A DNA stretch of 64,000 nt, taken from Ascoidea asiatica JCM 7603. Lineage: Eukaryota > Fungi > Ascomycota. A program made the translations under genes and the position numbers. The notes under the pieces are model-generated. The model was not told where the DNA came from and did not search any database. It saw only the letters and a list, made by a program, of their open reading frames with translations. Shown piece after piece: positions 21,340 to 32,682 of this stretch (the stretch's first letter is position 1; each line of letters starts with the position of its first letter). The stretch spans positions 328,913 to 392,912 of the forward strand of contig BCKQ01000009.1 of the NCBI GenBank assembly GCA_001600695.1, read 5' to 3'.

Positions 21340-22260
21340 TCATAGTGTTGGCTGCCCAACCAGAAAAACCATCACTTTGAATTCTGGAATCGTTGTTTTT
21401 GTTTGTGTTTCCTTTGTTTTCCCACCATTTTTCTTATCTTCTGCGATTTTAGCCATAGTTCTTCTTTTGATTTTTCTTGGCCTTTTGAAGTTCATGTCAT
21501 GCAAATGATTATATGGTTTCTCAATTGATGATTTACTTTTCAGCACATTTTTTCTCTCCGTTTTTCTCTGATAATCTCGTTTTATAAATTTTGAAGATTG
21601 ATTGTTGATATCCGGTTCCCTAAATTTAGCAATAGATTTGATTTCTTTGATTCTTTCAACATCCTTTATATTTGCTGCAACTTTTTCATTTTCTTTGACT
21701 TGATTATTCATATTTACAAGAACCTTTGGGTTGATAATTTTTTCAATGTTAGTAGCAAAATCATTAAAATTTTCTACATTATTTCCATATAAATCATTTT
21801 CACCAATTCTTTTGGATATTTCTTCTTCTGTGAGGATATAATCGAAGTCTTCAAAATCGAGTGATTTTAAGCTTCTTTTATCGAAGTCGAATGCAACAGA
21901 CTCAGAATTATTGTTTTTTTCAAACCTGAGTGTGTTTAAATCTATATCATCATTGATATCGGTATTATCAAGTAGTTCAATAAAATTTGAAAATCCATCG
22001 TCAAACAGTAAATTATCATCATAATTCAATGGAATATTACTAAATGAGTAGTCATTATCCTTCCTTATATTCAATTCTTCCGAACTATCAAACTTATTTG
22101 AGTTGCTCTGGTCAAAATTATATTCATCCTTTTTATTTTCCGATTCTTCAAAAGCATCAAACTTGTTTGCAATAATTTGTTCAAAAATATTATTATTTTC
22201 ATCCAGCATCTCATAGAAATTAATAGGACCTGAATTTTGATCTTTTGAGAGAAAATGCAT
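21340..22260 (-). CDS. Hypothetical protein with acidic N-terminus and basic C-terminus
   Basis: 306-aa ATG-initiated ORF, too long for chance in AT-rich DNA; no family recognised. Confidence 0.65.
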   Translation of the reverse strand: MHFLSKDQNSGPINFYEMLDENNNIFEQIIANKFDAFEESENKKDEYNFDQSNSNKFDSSEELNIRKDNDYSFSNIPLNYDDNLLFDDGFSNFIELLDNTDINDDIDLNTLRFEKNNNSESVAFDFDKRSLKSLDFEDFDYILTEEEISKRIGENDLYGNNVENFNDFATNIEKIINPKVLVNMNNQVKENEKVAANIKDVERIKEIKSIAKFREPDINNQSSKFIKRDYQRKTERKNVLKSKSSIEKPYNHLHDMNFKRPRKIKRRTMAKIAEDKKNGGKTKETQTKTTIPEFKVMVFLVGQPTL

Positions 22261-24989
22261 ATTAAAATTTCGTCTAGAATAATGATAAGAGTAATTATCA
22301 AAAGAAAATAAATTATTAGGTTCTTCAAAGTATTAGTAACTTCTGAAAAAAAATTTTCAATTTGAATTAATTTATATCGAGGGATATAAAGAACTATTTA
22401 TATCAAAAGAGCAGCATAAATGTAATTATTAATGAAAAGTGAAAAAAAAATTCTTCAATTGAATGATAAAATAGCTTTATGGAAAAAAACCAGATATTCA
22501 TGTTAAAGACAACTGTTAAACAAAAAATTAACTGAAAGTATAAGATATATGTTCAATATAATTCAAAAATAATTTGGGACATCTGAAAGATAATTGAAAA
22601 CAATCAAACCATAATCTTGAATTTCTGTACCAAAAACCTTTCGACAATAACTAATAACCAAAACAATTTTACTAATTAGGAAAGTGAATTTAACAAATTT
22701 TTAATATTAATAAATATTTTTTTTTTTTGAGAATCAAGAGTTTATTATTTCCTATTTTGACAGATTTTTATTTTGAATATGCGAAGTAAGATATTATAGT
22801 GAAATAAGCCAAAAAACCAAAAAAGCTCAAAAAAATCAAATTAAAAAAAAAAAAATTCAAAAAAAAATTATAAAAACCAAGAGAGAATTCATAATATTAT
22901 GCATTGACAAATCGAATAACGAAGGTAAATTTTTTAAAAAGTATACAGCTCCTTAGATTTAAGACTAGTTAAAGACAAAATGAAGTTTATAAAATTCAAT
23001 GGATAATAATGATTCATAGAACGTACTTATTATACATAATTCTTAATTGATATTTCCTCAATAAGAAATAGGGTTTATTAGGAAGAATGGCTTTATGTGA
23101 ATATAATTGAATGCAAATGTATAAATTTGATTAAAATAGAACATAATAGAATAAAAAAGAATACAATTGATCTAACGTAGTTTGAAAATCTAGTAACACT
23201 ACTTTATCATTATTAATATAAATGAATAATTTGAAATAATTTGTTTTTATAGTAATAAATAAATAAATAGACTTTATAAATATGGTACAATTGATAGATG
23301 TTAAAAGAGTCTAAATGTCGAACTCAGTACGTAAATTTCATTGTGTGAAGATAGTAAAAGAACGTCTTTTTTACTTTAATACTATTATCATTATCATTAT
23401 CACCAATATCAAATGATTTAAACTCCTTATACGTAATATGATTATTTTAAAAAATTTATCAAGTAATTGAGACAGTGTTTAATACTGTAATGATTTGAAT
23501 TATGATTGATAGGGAAAGAAATAAATATGAAAAAGGATTATTATTTTTCCCAACAGGTAGTGTAATAAGTTTAATAAATGTACAATTAAGAATATAATTG
23601 ATTATCAAAGGAGGTTCTAAATTTCTCAGCTGTTCTGATTTTCATGAATGTTCTAAGTTTCAGAAATCCTCTTGAAGTCTTTGAAGTTTTATCATGTTCA
23701 AAGATTCCTCAAGTGCCTCAAATTCCTCATATCCCTTCAAGGAATAAATAAAATAATCACACTCAAAACCTGAAAAACAGCAAATGAATAATACTGAATC
23801 AAATTAAATACGCAGTGGATATAATAAGAGTTTATGAATACGGAGACCGAGGTGATTGAAATCATTTACATTAAACCTATGTTTCTGTCATTTAAGTCAC
23901 CATTATTTGAAATAGGAGTGTCATAAGTAAGTAACTGATAATTCTTTTAGCATCGTTATATCGATAGCAGTAGATTAAGCACTATCTGAAGCAGAAACTT
24001 AACAACTGTTTAGTAGGATCTGGGTGGTCTTAGATTAGATCTATCTTGGAACAATTAATTTACGAAAATTTTCATTCTCATTATTGTAATTAGTATTAGT
24101 ATTAGTATCGATATTTTTATTAGCAGTAGTTTTAGCATCAGTATCAATGATTATCAGATTACCAAGATTAGACCTTCTTTTAAAAAAAGTGAGATTATTT
24201 AGACCACAATCACAATCACAACCACAACCACAAAGTGCTTTTGCCTGTTCCGGCCTCGGTGCATATTGAATTGGTGCACCGGTCTCACTAGCGCACAAGA
24301 CTCGCGCGTGTATTTTGGGATCGGCGTCGGTGGCATAGACCCCTGGTTTTTGGTGATTGAGGGCTGGTGTTTAAAATATTGTGGCTGGAACTTTTGCGTT
24401 GCGCTGTGCTCTGTCCCAGGATACGGATGCCATTATACCCGGATTGGTTTCGGATCAAACGGATTCACTCCGGACCTTGGCGGGAGTCAACTGCAGAAAT
24501 GCTATACGAGCAGCGTGAAGTTACTTCGCTACCGGCACCACCAATTCTAGACAGCCATAACTGTTAAATAGAATTCATACAGCTTTAACTTTACCCGTAA
24601 CGTTACAATACTGATAGTGACACAAGAATAATAACGACAATTATTATTGCAATTTGTTTTATTGAATTTACTTTATTATTAACTACCTAATAACAATACA
24701 AATACTAATCCATTACATTTTTATTAATTATTATTGCTTTAATTCTTCTAACTTTTCCAATCCTATTTTTTTCAATTATCCAGATAAATCAACCATTTAT
24801 TTACTCTCCTTTAAAAGTATATTCCTATTGTCCTTATTTTCAGCTAAAATTTACTGGAATGCTATTTCAATATTCTTCATCTTTTTGCATTTCAATGGTT
24901 ACAAAATCTTTACAATTCAATTCCATTTCATTAATATTATAATCAATCAATCAATCCATTATATAATTAATTAATCATTATATAAAAGA

Positions 24990-26258
24990 ATGTCAAGTAC
25001 GATATTAGGTGTATTTTTTGCAATCACCGGAAATTTATTTATAGCATTATCTTTGAATATTCAAAAATTTGCTCATAAAAGATTATCTGAAAGACAAAAT
25101 GAATTGAATGTAGTAACTGAATTAAATGAATTGAATGATTTTAATGAAGTAAATGATGAGGATTATACCCCAAGTACTCCATTACTATATACATCATCAT
25201 CACGACTGCAGTCTTCTTTATATTCTAATCAATTTCCTAATCAATTCCCAAATCAATTTTCAAATCAATATACTTCTTTTGAATCATCATCTTCATTATC
25301 TTCTCCTTCACCTCAAAATTCCAATTTTTCTTTTCCTTCAGTAACTCCAAAAAATAGTAAAAATCAAAAAAATAATCTAAATGTTCAAAATAATTACTTA
25401 AAAAGTAATTGGTGGTGGTTAGGAACAATAATAATGACTTTTGGTGAATGTGGTAATTTTATTGCTTATGGATTTGCTCCTGTTTATATAGTCTCTCCAC
25501 TTGGTATTGTGACAATAATTTCAAATTCTTTATTAGCTCCAATTGTATTTAAAGAAAAATTTAATTTAAAACGGTTTATAGGTACTTCAATTGCAGCTTT
25601 TGGTGTTTTATTTATTTTTTTATCTTCTTTAACAATTAATCAAATAGATCCTCCAAATCCAACTCCAGGTCCTAATGAAGATCCAATTCAATATGTTAAT
25701 CAAACCATTTATTCTTTAACTTATTTATTTTATCTATTAATATCTTTAGTTTTGATATCTTTATTATTATTCATAATTCATATTATAAATCAAAAAAATA
25801 TAAATTCAAATTTAACTACAAGACTAAAATCAATTTATGTTTTTAGTAATTTATTACTTGTTGCTGTTTTTGGATCTCATACTGCAATTTCAACTAAATG
25901 TATTTCAATGATGTTATTATCAAAAGATCTAAATTCGGATTTAGATTCTAATAATGATCTATTACCTTCTTCTTCTTTTCTTTTAAATCCTTTAACTTAT
26001 TACTTATTAGCTATATTAGTTTCAACTGCAATTCTTCAAGTTAAATATTTGAATAATACTTTACAAATTGAAGACTCTTCAAAAATTGTTCCAATTCATT
26101 TTGTTTGTTTTACAATTACTGTACTTGTAACTTCTACAATAATATTTAAAGATTATAGAGATAAAACTATTTTACAACTCTTATCTTTTTTATTTGGTTG
26201 TTCATTAACTTTTTTTGGAGTATTTTTAATTTCAAGTAATGATTCAAAATCAAAATAA
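24990..26258 (+). CDS. NIPA-family (DUF803) Mg2+ transporter
   Basis: GNLFIALSLNIQK, YLKSNWWWLG, GECGNFIAYGFAP..VSPLG, QVKYLN, VPIHFV; multiple TM helices. Confidence 0.9.
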   Translation: MSSTILGVFFAITGNLFIALSLNIQKFAHKRLSERQNELNVVTELNELNDFNEVNDEDYTPSTPLLYTSSSRLQSSLYSNQFPNQFPNQFSNQYTSFESSSSLSSPSPQNSNFSFPSVTPKNSKNQKNNLNVQNNYLKSNWWWLGTIIMTFGECGNFIAYGFAPVYIVSPLGIVTIISNSLLAPIVFKEKFNLKRFIGTSIAAFGVLFIFLSSLTINQIDPPNPTPGPNEDPIQYVNQTIYSLTYLFYLLISLVLISLLLFIIHIINQKNINSNLTTRLKSIYVFSNLLLVAVFGSHTAISTKCISMMLLSKDLNSDLDSNNDLLPSSSFLLNPLTYYLLAILVSTAILQVKYLNNTLQIEDSSKIVPIHFVCFTITVLVTSTIIFKDYRDKTILQLLSFLFGCSLTFFGVFLISSNDSKSK

Positions 26259-26754
26259 AATTATCATTTAAAATTAAATAATATTAAATTAATTCAAGAT
26301 AATGTTAGATAATAATCTAAGATAAGATATAATAAGTCAAGACAATCTAAAATAAAATATGATAAAATATGAAAAGTATTTAAAAAAGACTATTTTTGCA
26401 TAATTTTCTCCTTATTGTCATTTTCATTTACATATTTTTTTTAACTTATTCAATTCAAGCTTATAACCAGTCACATATACTTCATTTTTTTTTTTCAATC
26501 CATTTTTTTGTTTCTTTGTTTTTATGTTCTTTTGTTTTTCTGCTTTTGGGTTTTTGTTTTTTTTCTATTTTCATTGTTTCTTATACATTAATTATGATTC
26601 ACCAAAATTTCATTTTTTCATATTTTTTTTATTTTTTTATATTAATATTAAATAAGTAAGGTTAAATATATATATTATAGATTTTGCATTCAAAAATAAA
26701 ATATCTCAATAAACAAAATATTTCAATAAATAAGAATTTATTCATTTCTTCTAA

Positions 26755-26819
26755 TTTATTTTATTTTATTTTATTTTATTTTATTTTATTTTATTTTATT
26801 TTATTTTATTTTATTTTAT
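26755..26819. repeat. (TTTTA)n microsatellite, about 13 copies, just past the RRS1 stop
   Basis: Perfect pentanucleotide run read directly from the sequence. Confidence 0.95.
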
Positions 26820-26823
26820 ATGT

Positions 26824-27519
26824 TTATTTTTTTTCAGCATTAATTAAATTTCTTTTCATTTGTTTCTCGTTTTTTTTGATTAATTTCATTCTTTCTGCAC
26901 GTTGAAGAGTTCTTGGATTTACTAACTCATCACTAGTATCCTTTACTTTATCTTCAACTTCGACAAGCCATTGATCATCAATTTGTTTATTTTTACCTTT
27001 GAAACCCCATTTTGGAGTCCAATCTCCTTTATCTTCATCATAAACATATTTATCTTTTTTAGTTTTAGAATTAATACCCTTTTTAAGAGCAAATTGTTCC
27101 CATTTAGTAAGGGTTTTAACTTTAGGTAATGGTTTTTCTCTTGGTAAATCTGTAGTTGGAACAGGTAGTTGAATTAAAGTCATTGAAGAATCTTGACCTG
27201 TTGAATTTCCAGATTTTTCTGCAGTTCGTTTTATTGGTAATGATAATAATTGATTTATTAATAGCTGTACATTATCTCTAGAAACATTTTTGATATAATT
27301 ATTTTTTATATCATCAGAAGAAGATATTTTTTCTTTTTCTAAAGGATTTGGATCAAAAGCAGCAAGATTTCCTAGATCATATACTACTGGAATTGGTTTA
27401 TCTACTGTTACAGGTTTTCTTTAAAAATTAGTTAGTAATTATTAATCTGAAAAAATTAAAAAGAAAAGAACAAAAATAATAATATAATCAAAAACTTACA
27501 GTTTACTTTCACCAGTCAT
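26824..27519 (-). CDS. RRS1: Ribosome biogenesis regulator Rrs1; complement(join(26824..27418,27500..27519)), 204 aa
   Basis: Spliced N-terminus MTGESKLKPVTVDKPIPVVYDLGNLAAFDPN, then LPREKPLPK, TKWEQFA..KGI, W.PKWG. Confidence 0.95.
27419..27499 (-). other. Spliceosomal intron in RRS1 (81 nt, AAG acceptor)
   Basis: GTAAGT donor at 27499, TACTAAC at 27437-27431, AAG acceptor; the next CAG and TAG alternatives both give immediate stops. Confidence 0.9.
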
Positions 27520-30500
27520 TTTTAATATATATATATATATATATAAATATAGTTTATTGATATTCTGTTTTTATTTAATTATTCTTTATCAATCAGATAA
27601 TTCGATTTCATTTTTTTTTTTGGTTAAAGTTAAACCTAACAAAATTTATATTTTGAAATATATTTTTGTGCATTTGAAAAAAAAAAAAATTTCCTTGAAA
27701 AAAATGAGCCGCGAAGGCTGCGGGATAATGCAAAAAAAAGGAAGACCCGAAATACTGGTCTCAACTGCATATTTTCGAATAAAGTTCTTTGATTTTCATA
27801 AAATAATTTAAAACTTTCTTGTTCAGCTTAATTCAATCTAAATATGAGTAAAAAGAAACGAACTGAAGATTCAAATCATTTTCTATGAAAAATAAATATC
27901 AAGGAAGAAAAAAGTAAAAGATTGGAGTAGTTGTTGTTCAGTAGTGGTTTTTACAGTTTTACATAATTTTTACAATTCCATTAAGATTCATTCACTTTGA
28001 GATAGTATCTAGAATATTTCAATTTTTCAATTTTTCAGTAACTTTTACGACCAGAGGCCAGTAGTTTGAAATACTCCATCAAAAATTTTTTACTGAAAGA
28101 ATAAAAGAAATCAGTAGCATTCTATAGAACAATTCACTTACTTACCAAAAGAGTCATTAATATTTTTGAAAAAAAAAAAAGGTCAAAACATTCAAACATG
28201 TTTATTTTCTATTTGTAATAAATTGATTTCAATGGTTAATAAATAAACAAAGAGGTTATTGAGTTTTTATTCCTGTCTTTTAAACACTTTCTAATGGAAA
28301 TTTTTCAATTGCTTTTCTTTTTTTCTTTTGAATTTATTTTCAATATACTTACTGTACGTAATGAAGTTGATATTCGAGGCAGGGTTATTATTCCGAGGTA
28401 TTTTCGACCAAAAAATATTTCTGTTTTTTGGTTAGTAATTGAAATGTCCTTTTGTGTAGCACTGCCTCGAACCGGTGCAGTAAAGTGGCGCAGTACTACA
28501 TAGAAAAAGGGTTTAAAATCCAGTCAATTTTGATAAGTGAATTGTTTGAAGTTAAATTTGACATTGGAATTGCAATTGTTTCTGAATAATTCTTTGGCTT
28601 TTATTGAGTTGTAAATTTGTTTATAATTTATTTTAAAATATTGCTTTAAAATATCTCATCTCACGTTTTTTCTCTTTTGAATTCTTTCAATTATTTAAGT
28701 ATGTAAAATTGTAGGAAATTGAATTCATAATAATGTTAAAACGATCTTCAAAGGAATAAATCGGCTAAATTTGGAAACAAAATTGAAAAATATTAATTAA
28801 AAAATAAAAAAAAATAATTTTTCGGGTGTATTCTTTTATTATTTTCGTATTATTGTAACAATCAATTATTCAATATCTTTGATAGTTTTATTGAAAATTT
28901 TTTTATTGTAATATTGAATGAAAAGTAAAAACATTTTCTTAAACTTTTTACTCAGTAAACTTTTTTTCAATGCCGAACGAGAAATTGCAAAAAAAGTAAA
29001 AAAAAAAAACATTTATTAATAAACAAAGAATAACCAAAAGAACTAATGAAAAAAAAACGTTTGAAATTGTTTGTCATAAATTAATTATTTCAGCCAGGTG
29101 ATGAGAAAGATGAAGTAATTGGCTCATTTGAAGTTTTAATTGCATTTTTTTTCTTAAAGCTTTAAGTTCAAATAAATATGCATTTGAATAAGTTTTTGAA
29201 GTTTTATTCTACGTAATCTCATGAAAGAAGTTTAATACAATACATACAATAATTTTTTTTACTGAGAAAGCTAATAATTTTACTAATGATAATTTCAATG
29301 ATTTATTATTACGGTATATATTATGGTGGAATAATTAATAAATTCTTAGTATTTCCCTGTAAGATGCTGCTATATCACTTTATCTCACTCATATATCAGT
29401 TAAAGTATATACAAAAGAGAAAACTAATTACAATTCTTAAGTACTTAATAATTTTGGGGGTGTGGAGCAAGGTTTTTTTTTTTTTATTTTTTTGGCATTC
29501 TTTTTTTGATATATTCTTTTCCATTAAATTTAATGTAAAAGAGATCAGCAAATGAAATTGTAGCAATAGTATAATGAGCTTTGAAAGATATTTCTAAAAA
29601 ACTACTTCAGAAAGCTCTTAAAATATTTAGTTTGATTTAATGTTAAATACAATTTGTAGCTTAAATTTTATCGTCATTTAGGAATATTTCTAGAGCCGTT
29701 GATGAAAATTAAAAGTGGTTGAAGTAACAACACCAGCTGCTCTATTGTAAAGCCTGTAACAATAACAATAACACTACCAAATTATCATTGAAACAATCTT
29801 TTTTTATTTCTCTCAATACTACTTTCAAATATCTTTTCTATTCTTTCCACAATCACCTGTTTTAATCAAATGCAAAAAAAAAAAAAAAAATTTACTAGTA
29901 ACTTGAATAATGAATAAAAACTTTTAACATAACTTATTGTATTAGTTTGACATATTTCATTCAAAATTTTCTTAACAAACTAAAACTCCACCTTTCTCAT
30001 ATGAAACCATTTCCGAAATTTAATTTAAATAATAGTACTTTGATAAAACAAACTTTTTTTCTTTTAATTCTATGCAAAGAAAAATTTATAAGTTTGAACT
30101 ATTTTATTACCTGTTCGGAATGGCAGGATTCGGAAAATGATGTAAAGTAAACATTAAAATTTAAAGCTTTAACTAAAGTTTTTTTGGTAAAAATTTCAAA
30201 CTCTTAGCCTTTTACACAAGAATTTTTTTTCTTTTCTAAGAAAAAACAATAGTAACTGAATTCAGGTAGAAATAACAATGTTATTACAATCAATTCAAAA
30301 TATTTTCATAAACTATTTTATTCAAAATAAAAACAAGTAATGGACAATACAGGCTGTCAAAAACACATTTTATTTTTAGGTTTTCATTATTTATTTAATT
30401 CTTTTCAAAATAATGTCAAACTTTCTCAATTTTATATTATTCTTATATCAATTTTCTTTCAACTTCAAATTAATATAAAAGGATGATTTCTTATCCTTTC

Positions 30501-30608
30501 CTTCTTTTTTATATTAAATCACAAATTTAGAGTTACTTATCATCACTTCTAGTCTGTTATCTATAAATTTATTCTTTTTAAATTCTTTATCATTTCGCTT
30601 ATTTAATA

Positions 30609-32270
30609 ATGTCTTTTGATTCTCCAGTTGATACTGAATCTTTAGTAAAGAAATTAATTCTTGAAAATACTTTTAAGAAAAGTCAAAAAATTGCTTCTGG
30701 AAACAATAAAACATTTTCCGCAAAAAATATCAGATTAACTAATTCTTTAGAAAGTCCAATTAGTTTTTCCGTTTCTAAAGATGAAATTCCATTAAAGGGT
30801 CTTCATCCAAAAGTTACTTATCAATTAATTCATGACGATTTAAGTTTAGATGGTAATCCAACTTTAAATTTAGCTAGTTTTGTTAATACATATATTCCAG
30901 ATGAAGCTAAAAAACTTATTGAAGAAAATATGGTAAAGAATTTTGCTGATAATGATGAATACCCAATTTCTATGGATATTCATAAAAGATGTATTTCAAT
31001 TCTTTCTTCTTTATGGCATGCTCCAGATTCTTGTGCTGAAGCTATTATTGGTTCCGCCACAACTGGTTCTTCTGAAGCTATTATGCTTGGTGGTTTAGCT
31101 CTTAAAAAAAGATGGCAAGCAAGAATGAAAGCTGCTGGAAAAGATATTTCAAAACCTAATATTATAATGGGTGCTAATGCTCAAGTTGCTTTAGAAAAAT
31201 TTGCAAGATATTTTGATGTAGAAGCAAGATTGATTCCTGTTTCTAAACAAAGTAATTATTTAATGGATGTTACAAAAATTGCAGAAAATGTTGATGAAAA
31301 TACTATAGGTATTTTTGTTATTCTTGGTTCCACTTACACTGGTGGTTTTGAAGATGTTTATGGTGTTTCTAAAGTTTTGGATAAAGTTCAAAAAAAGACT
31401 GGATTAGATATTCCAATACATGTTGATGGTGCTTCTGGTGCAATGATTGCTCCATTCATGTTCCCAAATTTAAAATGGGATTTCCAAATTCCAAGAGTTT
31501 ACTCTATAAATACTTCTGGTCATAAATTTGGTTTAACATCTGCTGGATTAGGTTGGATTGTATGGAGAGCAAAATCATATTTACCAGAAGAATTAAAATT
31601 TCAACTTAAATATCTTGGTGGTTTAGAAGAAAGTTTCACTCTTAATTTCTCAAGAACTGGTTATCAAGTTGTTCATCAATATTTCAATTTCCTTTCTTAC
31701 GGTAGAGAAGGTTTTCATAAAATTTTTAGCAATTGTTTATCAAATGCAAGATTATTATCAAAATTCTTGGAAGAAACTCATTATTTCGAATGTGTTTCTG
31801 ATATTCATAGACCAAGAGGAATTTTGCATTTAAGTGATAAGCAAAATAAAAGAATTGAAAATGAATTAGCTTTGGATGGTGACCATGAAAAATTCAATCC
31901 AGGATTACCAGTTGTTGCTTTTAAATTCTCCGAAGAATTTACTGGTAAATACCCAGAAATCCCACAATCAATGATTTCTAATTTGTTAAGAAACAGAGGT
32001 TTCATTGTCCCCAATTATCCACTTCCAAAAGGAGAAGAGCATACTGATGTTTTAAGAATTGTTGTCAGATACAACTTGAATTTAGAATTATTAGATAAAT
32101 TAATGACAGACATTGTGGAAATTACTGAAGTTTTGATCAATGCCGCTGATACTGTTAAGAAGAGTACAAAAGGTAACGACACTAAAAATACAGAAATGAT
32201 TTACGACATGTTATTATCTATTGCCAGTGCTGGTTTGGAAAAAAGAATTCATCCAAGACCAAAATTATAA
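30609..32270 (+). CDS. GAD1: Glutamate decarboxylase (PLP-dependent)
   Basis: LDGNPTLNLASFV, TTGSSEAIMLGGLA, IHVDGASG, PLP-lysine motif NTSGHKFG. Confidence 0.95.
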   Translation: MSFDSPVDTESLVKKLILENTFKKSQKIASGNNKTFSAKNIRLTNSLESPISFSVSKDEIPLKGLHPKVTYQLIHDDLSLDGNPTLNLASFVNTYIPDEAKKLIEENMVKNFADNDEYPISMDIHKRCISILSSLWHAPDSCAEAIIGSATTGSSEAIMLGGLALKKRWQARMKAAGKDISKPNIIMGANAQVALEKFARYFDVEARLIPVSKQSNYLMDVTKIAENVDENTIGIFVILGSTYTGGFEDVYGVSKVLDKVQKKTGLDIPIHVDGASGAMIAPFMFPNLKWDFQIPRVYSINTSGHKFGLTSAGLGWIVWRAKSYLPEELKFQLKYLGGLEESFTLNFSRTGYQVVHQYFNFLSYGREGFHKIFSNCLSNARLLSKFLEETHYFECVSDIHRPRGILHLSDKQNKRIENELALDGDHEKFNPGLPVVAFKFSEEFTGKYPEIPQSMISNLLRNRGFIVPNYPLPKGEEHTDVLRIVVRYNLNLELLDKLMTDIVEITEVLINAADTVKKSTKGNDTKNTEMIYDMLLSIASAGLEKRIHPRPKL

Positions 32271-32682
32271 TGGGCTTTAATACTTAGTTTATAAGCAATT
32301 TTTTTCAGTTATTTTTGTTTTATTAGATTAGTTAGAGTAAAAAAATTAATATATATTTGTACAAATTTTTTTTAAAAAAATGTGTAAAGATTAACCTAAA
32401 AATTATTAAAAAATTGAACATTCAAATTAAATGAGTTTTCTAAATTATTCATAAACTCTATTTTCAATCAAGTTGAATAGAAAAGACATGCTGTAGATTT
32501 GAATTACTTGGAGATTTTCTTACTAATTTCTTACTAATTTCTTACAATTTGTTACCTCAATAATGCACTTAATTTAAATTTTTCATATAAAAGATTTTAA
32601 TATATAATTTTATTAAAATGACTGCTTTCACATAAAAAAAATGATTATCCGTATATTTTAGTGTATATATGAAAATTTGTGC

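Noticed and set aside
21340-22260. Mating-type (HMG, alpha-box or homeodomain) gene
   Set aside because: The basic region lacks HMG, alpha1 and homeodomain signature residues.
26396-30150. Short hydrophobic ORFs at 26396, 26684, 27557, 28294, 29286 and 29947
   Set aside because: F/I/L-rich translations of T-rich non-coding DNA or microsatellites, several with non-ATG starts.
22300-30600. LTR or transposon remnants in the two long intergenic regions
   Set aside because: No TG..CA-bounded repeats, target-site duplications, or gag/pol/transposase fragments recognisable by eye.
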